Origin: Saprolegnia diclina VS20
Lineage: Eukaryota
Direction: 5' to 3'
DNA: 35,216 nt
NCBI RefSeq assembly: GCF_000281045.1
Contig: NW_008246119.1
Coordinates: 241,023 to 276,238, forward strand
Position 1 is the stretch's first letter; each line of letters starts with the position of its first letter. The notes under the pieces were generated by a model, which was given only the letters and a program-made list of their open reading frames with translations, had not been told where the DNA came from and made no database searches. Shown here piece by piece: positions 11,401 through 22,307 of the stretch. The translations under genes were made by a program, and so were the position numbers.

Positions 11401-11907
11401 ACTTGCCGCAGAGTCGGATTGACGCATTCCACGCCGCCTCGTTTCCTGCATGGTCCGTGCCCGCGAGCTCGGGAAAGAGCGTCGGGAACAACTGAGTAAT
11501 GTGGCTCCACACGATCGCCTTGAGCTCCGTGACCTCCATGGACGAGTCGATGAGGATGTGCACGAGCTTCCCGCTGCGCTGTCGCACCGGCGCCGGCGCA
11601 GTCATGCCATTGGACCAGTACCAGACCTATGGTTTCGATTGAGATGATGATCGAGATGCAAGCACAATGGTACCTGCGCCATGAGCGGGTAGAGCTCAAT
11701 CGTCTTGATCGCGTTGCGGCCACGGAGCACCACGTAGCGGGGGATCTCGACCTTGGGCTCGGGCAGCGCGTCCCACTCTTCTTGGTTGAGCAGCTGGAAG
11801 TCGACGCCCTCCATGAGGCCTCGGCGCAGGCCCGTGCCACTCGGCCCAAGGAGTGGCGGCCCGTCGGCGTCCGCCGGCGCCACGTAGAACACTTGGCCAA
11901 CCTCCAT
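8426..11907 (-). CDS. Ubiquitin-specific protease (peptidase C19, USP4/11/15-like) with a short DUSP-like N-terminus and tandem Tudor/MBT-like repeats, 1084 aa, 6 exons (11907-11674, 11626-11112, 11068-9910, 9867-9095, 9047-8731, 8682-8426)
   Basis: Cys box [31 protein letters not shown] and WYCPRC zinc pairs, LHLKRF, His box [16 protein letters not shown]. Five canonical 42-48 nt introns keep the frame. The start codon is less certain. Confidence 0.9.
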
Positions 11908-13309
11908 GCCGTTCGCAGCCAAATGGAATGTCCGGATAAGAATGCCGGATACGGCGGGGGTGGCGCGACGGCCACATACGTGGCGGCGCGTCCGGCCAAC
12001 GGGTCCTGCGTGATGGCCAAAGACGCGATGCAGAACGTCAATGGAGCCAAGCCAAGGACACGATGCGAATAAGACCGTATTTCTCTCGATGACGTCGATC
12101 GATGGCCTCCACGGGTGCTCTTCGGCGACGCTGGTCGGGACGCTTGGGGTCGGACACAGCGCTTCGTTCGCAGCATCGACGCTTTGCCTCACCAAGTACA
12201 TAGTTGAGCTTGCGGTCGCAAGTGATGGCGTCCTAGACTCTCTCGTCTCGGCGGTGGTTGGAGCGGTTCGTGCCAGGTGGAGCAATGAAAGCGTCGTCCA
12301 TGGCAACGAGCAGCAAGAGGACTCCACGGTCTCTCGTAGTACAATGGTGCTCTCTAAAAGCTCAGTAGGTACTATGTGGTGGTGCGCAATCTCTTTCACA
12401 CCGGAAGATGCTGCGCGAGGGTCCAACTCCCAGCAGCTTCCTTGTGTCCTTGGCTTGGTCGACCATAGGGAGCGCCATGCATAGTTGCAACGGTACAGGA
12501 CTCTGCGCCGTCGCGATCGAGCATCCTAGACCGCGAACGATCAACGATCGCTCGCCCCAAGTACGCGCTGTCAGCAGGTTGCTTGTGTCGCCAACGTGAA
12601 ATGCTTGCGTTGACCCTGCAACACCTTTGCCGAGACGGCCAGCGTCGTCCCTTGTAACTTGCATCCACGCAGACCTCGACGCCGAGCTGCGAGACGACCG
12701 AACGTTAGCGCAGCGCGAGGCAGGGCGTGCTCGCTATCAGCGTGGACAACGTCCTCGACCAAGAAGAGCTCGATGCGAGGTGCTCGCAAGCGGCTACATT
12801 GTGAACAACGTGGCCACCGATGGATGCAGTCGTGGGCTCCACCTTGGTCACGGTATCGGTCCACGCTGACGTCGATGGTCACGCCGTAGGTCGTTGAATT
12901 CGAGCGGCTAACGCACGGCCGTCGCGGCTCTGCTCTGGTACATGTGCAGTGCGCATATGATTGCTGCTGGAGCCAGAGGGTCGGGCGCGCTCGCAATGTC
13001 GGCAATACTTATAGCATGAAGGGCTCAAGGGTGCGTAGGTGCGCTCTTGCGGCCGATGCATGAAGTGGCGTCGACTCGCATACGCCTGGAGCAGCGAGCC
13101 TGGAGGACGATCCTGCCGAGGCCGCCCGCTGATGGTTGTTGAACCGAAGATCCGCCCACCGTGGGATATAAATTCGTAGGCATTGTAAAATAAATGTTAT
13201 CTTGCGCTTTGTAGCTAACGGTGTGAAATACAATAAAATAGTGGTGGCGACTGGGAATTCTATTATCGCTTCGACGTTTTTGAACACGCCAACATCGGAC
13301 GGGCGAGCG

Positions 13310-16300
13310 ATGACGGAGCGCAGGTTCACACTCCGGAACGAGGCCGATGGCGACGCGTCGCAGGCGGCGCATAGCATCGTGCGCTTCCTGCCGCCCCCGG
13401 CCGTCGCCGACGCCAACGCATTCGAAGAGCGCGGCCGCGTCCACGCGACCATGGCTATGTCGCTCGCCGACCAGCGATCTTTCGCCGATGTGCTTGCGCA
13501 GTTGACGTTGCTCACGGTCGTTGCGCCGCTGCCCAAGTGGCGGGGCGTTGGCATCGTTCACGTCGGCGACTGGGGCCCCCACGCCGTACAGCTCGCTGCC
13601 GACCAATTGCATGAAACGGACCAAGTGCGCTTGACGCTGTCGTGCGATTGTTTGCCAGACGCTGCGACCTCGCCCGACGACGAGCGCTCGACCTTGTACC
13701 GCGTGCTCTTGACGCTGCAAGAGCAGCTGCAGCCTGAGGAGGCCGTGCCCGAGCGTCCGCGCCGCGTCAACAGCACGTTTGAGCGCGACTCGCCCGACAC
13801 GAGCGACGAAGAGAAAGGCCACGGGACGTCGCCGCCGCCGCACCACCGCACGCCGCGACGGTCCGAGTCGGCGCCTGTCTACAACGAGCCGCCGACGCCG
13901 CCGTTCGAAGACCTCCCCGTGACCCGCGCTCGCTCCAATACCGTGCGGTACTTGCTCTCGAGCCGCGAAGGCTGGGGCGGCATTGCGTTCGAGGGCTACT
14001 TGAACAAGAAGGGCGACCTCCTCGCGGCGTGGAAGTCGTGCTACTGCGTCCTCGAAGGCAAGACGCTCGCCGTCTACGAGTCGCGCGAGGACTTCATCGC
14101 TGACGTCGGGCTCAAAGTGCGCATGCTGCTGCTGGCGGTGGACGAGGAGAACGGCGCCAAGGCCAACGGCTTTAGCATTCGCACCGAGGGACACAAGGTG
14201 CAGCACATGGCGTCACGCACGGCGTTTGAACGCGACCAGTGGATCCGCGCCATCAAGGTACACCACTTCTTCGCTTCGCTCTTCCCTTCTTACATGTACG
14301 ATGCAATGGCTTCTAGATCCAGCTCGTCCAGTACACGCAGCAAGTGGGGACCAAGGGTGGTCCGATGACGCCGACGACGCCGCATGTTGCATTTGCGTCG
14401 CAGGCGATCGACGTACCAGTGTTTTACACGCTCTTGAGCAGCCTCTTGCGCGAAGAGATTGCGGATTTTCCGATTTTGTGCCGGAATATCCACCCGGACG
14501 TCCTCTTGACGAGCAATTACCCGCCGATTGTACCGTTCTGGGGCCAGTACCGGCGCTACGACGGCCTCCTTTTGTACATTTCGGCGATCCTCGAGACGGT
14601 CGACGTCGAGTCGTTTGAGATGGCCGACATTGTCGAGCTCATTCCCGAGTCGTCCGAGTGTGCGACGCCGGACGAAGCCGCGATCCCGTACAAGAAGCGC
14701 CTCGTCGTCACGGGCAAGGAGACGTTTTCCATCAAGAACATGGACCCACCGCGGAAGATCACACAGCTCTTTGTCCACGAACTGTGGCTCGACTACAAGG
14801 ACCGCCTCGTGCGGTGGCACATCAACGGCGACTCGGTCGTGCTCTCGGTCGCCTTTGACGCCTGCGACAAGGTGCGTCTTCATTCCGTCATCTCAGACGT
14901 AACCATCATGGGACGGTAGGGCAAGGGTCTCCGGCTCATGCTGCCTGGCGAGACGAGCGCGATCCAACAGGCCATTCCTCCTGGCAACTTTTACGTCCAA
15001 GTTCTCAAAGCGCAGTCGCTTGGGCTCCAGGACGCTGGCGACGCCAAGGCCACCGGGGTCTACGTGCGCTGCGTCGTTGTCGAGGGCACGCACGTCGAGC
15101 GCACATTTGACGGCCTCGACGGGTACCTCGCAAGCAGCTCGGACACATCGCCGTCCAAAGACGACGGGATGACCAAGCCGACGAAAGCGACGCGTCTCCT
15201 TCGCGGCTTGCAGCGCGCGACAGGCACGAGCATTGAGCGGCCGTACGCCCCGTACGGCGACAAGAGCGGGTGCGTCACGTCGATATCGACGCACAAGCCG
15301 CAGAAGGACGTCGAGTGGAACTCGAACTTGCGCCTCGGGTTTCCGGGCTGTCCACGCGGCAGCCACTATGTGCTCAAGATTGAGATCTACCAGAGCCGCT
15401 TTATGATGCACGACGTGCTCATTGGCGTTTGCAAGGTCAACTTGTCGCCGCACATGGCGCTCACGACTGCGTCGGCCGAGGCCAAAGCCAACGGCGCCCT
15501 CCCCCGCTGGTACAACCTCTGCGACATTTACCACGACTGCAAAGAGTGGTGGGCGCCGCCGACGGTCTTCCGCGGGCGTCTCCAACTGGCGATTGTGTAC
15601 GCACCGAGCCACACCCCGGGCGCGACGATGCTGCCGTCACCCGTTGAAACGACGGCCACCGACACGACCGAGACGCTGCGCGAATACTTTAGGTACAGCG
15701 TCCTATCTTCTCCTACGGCATTGGACGCCTAAGAACGTAGTACCCAAGAGTCCAAGAACATCCCGACACCGCCCAACCCGCAGCACCAAAACCTCTTTGG
15801 CCTGGGCATGCCGTCACTGATCCGGTTTACGTCCAACCCGCACGCGCCGCCCGAGATGCTCCGTGACAACCACATCGTCATGGCCAAAAAGACGGCGTTC
15901 GACATGCCCGTGCGCTACCAGCTCATCAAGGTCCTCGGCTCGGGCAGCTACGGCGAGGTGATTGCAGCGAGCGACACGGAGACAGGCGCGTCGGTTGCGA
16001 TCAAGAAGATTCCCCAAGCGTTCCGCGAACTCTTGGACACGAAGCGCATTTTACGGGAAATGTGCTTGCTCCGGCAGCTCAAACACCCGCACTTGATTCG
16101 ACTCTGGGACGTACTGCGGCCGCCCCGCTGCGCCGAAATGGAGGACATTTACCTTGTGACGGACCTCATGGAGGCCGATCTGCACCGCATCATCCACTCG
16201 ACACAGACGCTCAGCGACGAGCACGTCGCGTACCTCATGTACCAGATCTTCCGTTCGCTCAAGTATTTGCACTCGGCCAACATTGCCCACCGCGACCTCA

Positions 16301-17111
16301 AGCCCTCGAACGTCCTCCTCACGACGCAGTGCGAAGTCAAGGTGACGTGATGACACGTATATACACGTGTGACTCACAGCGACGTAGCTCTGCGATCTTG
16401 GCCTTGCACGGTCGCTTGGCACGACGGTCCGCGAGATCCACAACGACTTGACCGAATACGTCGTGACGCGCTGGTACCGGGCCCCCGAAGTCCTCCTCGA
16501 CGGGTCTCGGTACGGCATTTCGCTCGACATGTGGTCGGCCGGCTGCATCATGGTACGTTTCGACGGAGATGACGCGTACTATACAACTACGATCTTAGGC
16601 CGAGATGCTGGGCCGGAAGCCGCTCTTTCCGGGCTCGAGCACCATCACGCAGCTCGGCAAGATCTTCAACGTGCTCGGGACGCCGCCGCCGTCGTACGTG
16701 GACAAGATGATCAAGCCCGCTGCAAAGAAGTGGGTCCAGCGCCAGCGGCCTCGGACCGCGATTCCATTTTCCGAGATTTACCCGCAGACGAACGCATTGG
16801 CGCTCGACTTGCTCACGAAGCTGCTCACGATCGACCCAGAGGAGCGGATTTCTGCGTCGGACGCGCTGCAGCACCCGTACATCACGTCATTGGGCCTATT
16901 GGCGGACGACGCGGTCGACACGTTTGTCGGCGTCATTGACGCGTCGCACGAAGTCGTGCCCGAGGTCAAGGCGGCGATGCAAGAGGCGGTATTTGAGCAG
17001 GTGTGCATTTTCCACCCGGAAGCGGTCGAGGCCGAGAAGCTACTGCACGCGCAAGACGTCCAGTTCCGCGTGAGTCCGCACAGCGGCCAGTTGAAGCCAA
17101 CTAAGTGGTAA
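13310..17111 (+). CDS. Multidomain MAP kinase: PH + SnoaL/NTF2-like + C2 + TEY MAPK, 1184 aa, 6 exons (13310-14257, 14317-14871, 14920-15692, 15741-16341, 16388-16552, 16599-17111); architecture recalls the oomycete PH-domain MAPK SAK1
   Basis: [29 protein letters not shown]2: [26 protein letters not shown]. Kinase: [40 protein letters not shown]. All five introns are GT..AG and in phase. Confidence 0.85.
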
Positions 17112-17555
17112 GAGGTTCCCGGTTCCGTCCACTGTTTCAAATTGCAGAGGCAAACAGCAATCTCAATGAAACGTACCAATCGCATTACACCTTGACGCGG
17201 ATTGGTCGAAATCCAGTCGGGGACTGGCGACCCGGGGGGGGCTACTGGCCCGTCGAATGGCGTCAGGCGCGCTGATTGGCCAGCGTTGTATCCAATGGGC
17301 GACCATCGCATACGAACGCCAAGTGGTTTTTCAAAACGTTGAACCCACCGTGGTCGTACAGTGGACGTAGCGATCTTTCCCTCCCACGCACGTAATTCCC
17401 TCTCAAAGAGCATGCGAATCTTATCGAGTTTAAAAGGCATAGGGGGGTTTCCAACTGATTTGCGGGTGGGGGCCCCATAAAAATAGAAAATTCGAACGCG
17501 CTAGGCGGCGACAGTAGCTGTTGTGAAACGGAAGCCACAGGCCAAATCGTCGAGG

Positions 17556-18830
17556 ATGGCAGACCAGGTCAAGATGAAGAGCCACCACCGGCGGCAGATC
17601 CCGGACTGGGAGCGCAAGTTCCAGTGCCCCCATCCGCTGTGCGGGAAGCGCTTCACGCGCAAGTTCTCGATGACCGAGCACATCAAGACGCACACGGGCG
17701 ACAAGCCGCACGAGTGCACGGCCAAGGGCTGCGGCAAGAAGTTCACGACCGCCGGCAACCTCGCGCGCCACCGCAAGATCCACGACTGCGCGGCGAAGGA
17801 GGCCTCGAGCAACAACGAGACGTCGCCGTCCTCGACCAAGTCGTCGGCCGACGACTTTCACCCGCCGATGGACAAGGCGCAGCTGGCGCGCCGCCGCTTC
17901 TCGGTGCCGACGACGTCGGCCGATTTTTTCACACAGTACAAGCCCGCGCAGAGCGCGCTCCTCTTTGCGGATCCGTCGACCATTCTCCAAAACAAGATCG
18001 AGGCGACGCGTAACTTTGAGACGGGCGCGACCGACGCGGCCGAAAAGATGGGCCGCTTTGCACCGCCGCAATGGATGGGCGTCGACCTCGCCAACACACA
18101 CCCGATCCCGTACCGGCCGCCGACGCACCAGCCACCGATGGCCCACCCGCGCAGCCAAAGCCTCACGCACGCCCAGCTGAGCTCGCAGCTCCAGGCGTTC
18201 CAGGCCAGCCTCCGCTTCGATCCGTCCACGTCGTACGCCGGGTCGCCGCACCGGATAAACATTGACACGCTGCTGCAAGACCCGGACGAGATGGACGACA
18301 TCAAGGAAGAGGACGACGAGCATTTGCTCAACAACAACGCCAACAACAACGCGATGCTGTGCACGCCCAACCCGATGCTGCTGCCCAACGCGCCCGGCGC
18401 CGGCCTTGGACGTACGATTCTTTCTGCAATATGGGTACGCATGGGTGCTAATGGTCGATGCTACTGTGTAGTGGGCATGTCGTTCGAGCCGCAAAAACCC
18501 ATGGGAATGCACCTCGCGGCGCCGCCCGCCGACGCTTTTGACACGTACGCGCCGACGCCGGAGCTCGATTTCGAAGACTCTGAAATCATCCAAATGCTGA
18601 TTTCGGATCGGTCCGACGACGAAGTGCTCTCGCCCTCGTACAGCAGCAGCGAAAACAACAGCCACAGCCAGAACCACAGCCAGAACGAGTACCTCACGAC
18701 GACGTCGAGCATGATGTTTGACATGCCGCCCGAGTGGCACCAGAAGACCGAGGCGTACCGGTCGTCGACGCCCGCCACGTACACGACCACGAACGGCGTT
18801 GCCACTGGCCTCAACTATTGCTCGGCATGA
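17556..18830 (+). CDS. C2H2 zinc-finger transcription factor (two fingers), ~404 aa with a probable 60-nt intron at 18412-18471
   Basis: FQCPHPLCGKRF..MTEHIKTH-TGDKPH-ECTAKGCGKKF..LARHRKIH with a canonical linker, followed by a low-complexity acidic/Ser-rich tail. Confidence 0.88.
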   Translation: MADQVKMKSHHRRQIPDWERKFQCPHPLCGKRFTRKFSMTEHIKTHTGDKPHECTAKGCGKKFTTAGNLARHRKIHDCAAKEASSNNETSPSSTKSSADDFHPPMDKAQLARRRFSVPTTSADFFTQYKPAQSALLFADPSTILQNKIEATRNFETGATDAAEKMGRFAPPQWMGVDLANTHPIPYRPPTHQPPMAHPRSQSLTHAQLSSQLQAFQASLRFDPSTSYAGSPHRINIDTLLQDPDEMDDIKEEDDEHLLNNNANNNAMLCTPNPMLLPNAPGAGLGRTILSAIWVRMGANGRCYCVVGMSFEPQKPMGMHLAAPPADAFDTYAPTPELDFEDSEIIQMLISDRSDDEVLSPSYSSSENNSHSQNHSQNEYLTTTSSMMFDMPPEWHQKTEAYRSSTPATYTTTNGVATGLNYCSA

Positions 18831-18985
18831 ACACCCCATACTACTACAACTACAACTACGACTCGTCGATTTATATATAAACAAAAAACATGCTATTTTG
18901 TGCACAACTCGTCGTCGGCTGCGGGCGATTGGGCGTGTGATCGTTCGTGTTGACGGGATGGTCAACGGCCTGATAGCAAATGTGG

Positions 18986-19216
18986 TCAGAGCACCGTCGT
19001 TGTCGTCGTCGAGTGGCGCGAGTCGAGAACGCTGGCGTATGGGGTCGGCGCAAGTTCTTTCGCCGGGACAGGCGACGCGGCGCGGCGTCGCTCCGCCTGG
19101 CGGGCGCCAATGCGGGCGAGCGTGGCATGGTACTGCTGCCACGCGTAGTAGGCGTAGCCGCCAATGGCCGCGAGCACGGCGAGCGCGAGAAGATAGACGA
19201 CGACGATCGCGCTCAT
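18986..19216 (-). CDS. Small single-pass membrane or signal-anchored protein, 76 aa, unknown function
   Basis: Hydrophobic IVVVYLLALAVLAAIGGYAYYAW followed by a basic stretch. GC-rich codons like neighbouring genes, with an A-rich context before the ATG. Confidence 0.55.
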   Translation of the reverse strand: MSAIVVVYLLALAVLAAIGGYAYYAWQQYHATLARIGARQAERRRAASPVPAKELAPTPYASVLDSRHSTTTTTVL

Positions 19217-19986
19217 TTTTTCGGCGAAATTTGCGCGTTCGTTTCTCTGCCGTTCTTAGTGCTGCATATTTTTACGCTCGCAGCTGCGAAAAGAAGGCAG
19301 AAAAAGGCTGGCCTCGACGCATACACCACTCTGACTCTCGGAGCTCACTCTCGGATGTAATGCCATCGGCCGCTCGTCGCATGACGAGGTGGCAAAGCGC
19401 TTGCGCCAGCTCGGAGGTTCGCGCGTCCGTCGTTGCGTCCAGTACACATGAAGAAGAGTAGGGGGCCCTACGCCACATACCCCTGCGCCGAGTATTATAT
19501 ACGCCCGGTGGGTAGTGTAATCTACGGCAGCCACTGCCAGTTGACATGTTGCATGCAATCCGAATCACACCCGCCCTCATGTTGCCCTTCAAAGGCAAGC
19601 GCCGACGTCAACTGCAATGCCCTCAACGAGGGTACTGATGACGCTACACGCTGGCTTTCCTCGGCGACTCGTAGAGTGTCGAGACTGGCGCTGTGGTCAT
19701 TCGCTGCTGGCCTGCTAGTCGGCGATCGGGCATCTTGCGACTGCAGCGCGTGCAGACGCGTGCCATGGTCATCCGGATAACGCGCTGCCGGAATCCCACC
19801 ACAAGAACACTGGGGCAAACTGTTCGGAGCTTCGATCTTCGACTATGAAGCTTGATGTTTGTATGGGCTTGTGCGAACTACGTGTGTGGGTTGAATGCGC
19901 AATGTCGTGATTGCCGATTCACGTGGGGAAAACTCTGCGGAATATCTTTTGCCCATTGGCATCGAGAGCCATTTCCAAAGAGCAAG

Positions 19987-21620
19987 ATGGCCGCCAACTT
20001 GCAGCCGACGCTTGAAGCCGCCAAGGCGCTTGCGATCGCCCATGCGGACAAGAACCTTCTGCCTGTATACCTCGACGTGACGGCGGACCTCGACTCGCCC
20101 GTGAGCGTCTACCTCAAGCTCATGCAGCACCAAGCGCCGGGCACGCAGTCGTTCCTCCTCGAGTCCATCGCGCCCGGCGAGAACATTGCGCGCTACTCGT
20201 TCATTGGCACGAGTCCGTTCAAGATTCTGACGTCGGGACCCAACTGCGCGTACCAAGGCGACCCGCTTGTGCAGCTCGAGGCGGAAATGGCCGGCTTCCG
20301 CCTCATTGCGCTGCCGGAGCTCGCGCTCCCAATGACGGGCGGCGCCGTCGGCTACTGCAGCTTTGACGCGGTGCGCCACTTTGAGCCGACGGTCGGGCCG
20401 TTCGTTGAGGCGCAGAAGGACGTGTTCCAGATCCCAGAGAGCATGTACATGCTCTTCGACACGGTCGTAGTCTTTGACCACGTGTTTCACTCGCTCAAGA
20501 TTGTGACGCACTGCCGACTCGACCATCCATCGCGGGACCTTACCGCCGAGTACGCAGCCGCGTCGGACCGCATCCGCTCGATCCAAGCGCAGATCGAGTC
20601 ACCGCTACCGCGGTCCTGCAGCAGCTCGCATGTCAGCGACAAGATCGTCGGCGACGCCCTCGACTACAACGCCATGTCGAACGTCGGCGAAGCCGCTTAC
20701 ATGAGCTTTGTCGATACGCTCAAGCAGCACATTGTGGACGGCGACATCTTCCAAGCCGTGCCCTCCCACGTACGTTGCGTTGATTTCGAAATCTACTAAC
20801 AAACGGACGCGTCTCTAGCGCCTCAACGTCCCGCTGCCCGAGAACGTCACGTCGTTCGACTTGTACCGGCAAATGCGCGTGATCAACCCGTCGCCGTACA
20901 TGTTCTACCTCAACTTTGGCGACGGTCTCGAGGTACGCAAGACAGTTTGCATGAGGCAGGAAACTCATGGACGTGCGCACGTAGGTCGTTGGTGCATCGC
21001 CCGAGATGCTCGTCAAGGTCGACCAGAACGCCGTCGTCGAGACGCACCCGATCGCGGGGACGCGCCACCGCGGCAAGACGCCGGCCGAGGACCAAGCGCT
21101 CGCCGACGAGCTCCTCGCCGACGAGAAGGAGCGCGCCGAGCACATTATGCTCGTGGACCTCGGCCGCAACGACGTCGGTCGCGTCGCTGTCCCAGGCTCG
21201 GTCCGAGTCGAGGCGCTCATGGCGATTGAAAAGTACTCGCACGTCATGCACATTGTGTCGGTCGTCAAGGGCCAGCTCCGGCAGGACAAGACCATCTACG
21301 ATGCCTACCGTGCGCTCTTCCCCGCCGGCACGCTCACGGGCGCACCCAAGGTCAAGGCCATGCAGCTCATCTGCGGCCTCGAGAAGGAGCGCCGCGGTAT
21401 CTACGGCGGGTCGGTCGGCTACGTGAGCTTTGGCGGCGTCCTCGACACGGCCATTGCGATCCGAACGATCGTCGTCCACGATCGCCGCGCCTACTGCCAA
21501 GCCGGCGCTGGCATCGTATACGACTCCAACCCCGCCGCCGAGTACAACGAGACTATCATCAAGCTCGGGTCGGCGGTGCGCACCGTGCAAAAGTGTGCGC
21601 GGCAAAAGCAACTGTCATAA
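19987..21620 (+). CDS. trpE: Anthranilate synthase component I, 510 aa, 3 exons (19987-20769, 20819-20932, 20985-21620)
   Basis: SFLLES, ARYSFIG, GGAVGY, GDIFQAVPSHRL, NPSPYMFY, VGASPE, PIAGTR, KERAEHIMLVDLGRND, FPAGTLTGAPK, AIAIRT, QAGAGIVYDS. Confidence 0.95.
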
Positions 21621-22285
21621 TGTACATACATCGATATGGACGGTCGCTGCTGCGAAATGGAGAATGCGTATGGGTACCGCCACTTGCAGCTGCTTGCTAC
21701 TATCGCCAAAGGTCGAGTGTCTTGACTGCAAGAGCGTTTTGTTGGTTTTTGGAAAAATCGAGCTTCTGCCATGTCCAATGGGCTGGCGGCGTGCATGACG
21801 TGGCACGACGCACGGGCTCCAAGGTGACGCGAAGGCAACCAAGGCGATCCGACGACGACGCATACCGTATGCATTAGACTACCGGAATGACTGAATGAAA
21901 TGACTAGTGCAGTCGCGTAGAGGTTGGAGCCAACAGAGACATCATCATCACGGGCGCGCTTGGCTCCGGTTTGCCCATCGTACAATGCGCTGGACAAGCC
22001 GCAGAAGGAGCCGAGCGCCTGCTTTCCAGTGTGAAGGTATTATACGAATTGCAGTGGAAATGAATCTAGAGCAAGCAGCAAAAATTCACTAGCATGGTGT
22101 AAATGGCAGCTAAGAATGCTTTCGTTTCGGCGCTTCGGGAGCAAGTGAGACCTCTTGCAATGAATACCTCTGAGATCCGATAAATGAAGAATTGAGTGTG
22201 AAGGGACCTGTGAGAAACAGAATGGCTACCGACCGAAGAAACGGTCTCCAAACGATGGGAATTAGTGTGAGGCGAGACGCCGAGC

Positions 22286-22301
22286 GCTCATTTCCGAATT
22301 C
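22286..22301 (+). promoter_or_regulatory. Oomycete-type initiator + flanking promoter region (INR-FPR)
   Basis: GCTCATTTCCGAATTC just upstream of ATG 22308, a close match to the oomycete GCTCATTYBNNNWTTY core promoter. Confidence 0.6.
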
Positions 22302-22307
22302 GCCGAC

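Noticed and set aside
11950..13150. Possible gene or extra USP exons between the USP and MAPK genes (ORFs 11602-12426, 12571-13005)
   Set aside because: No recognisable motifs or consistent splice model. It may be a decayed gene fragment, but I cannot support a call.
16394..16402. DLG instead of DFG suggesting a pseudokinase
   Set aside because: The metal-binding Asp, VAIK Lys, HRD and TEY are all intact, and DLG occurs in active kinases.
17107..17113. GTAAGA at the MAPK stop as a further splice donor
   Set aside because: The kinase domain and C-terminal extension are already complete and no convincing downstream exon is visible; not excluded without cDNA.
19987..21620. trpE as a bacterial contaminant, operon remnant or part of a metabolite cluster
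   Set aside because: It has two spliceosomal introns and host-like codon use, and no other trp or tailoring genes are nearby.
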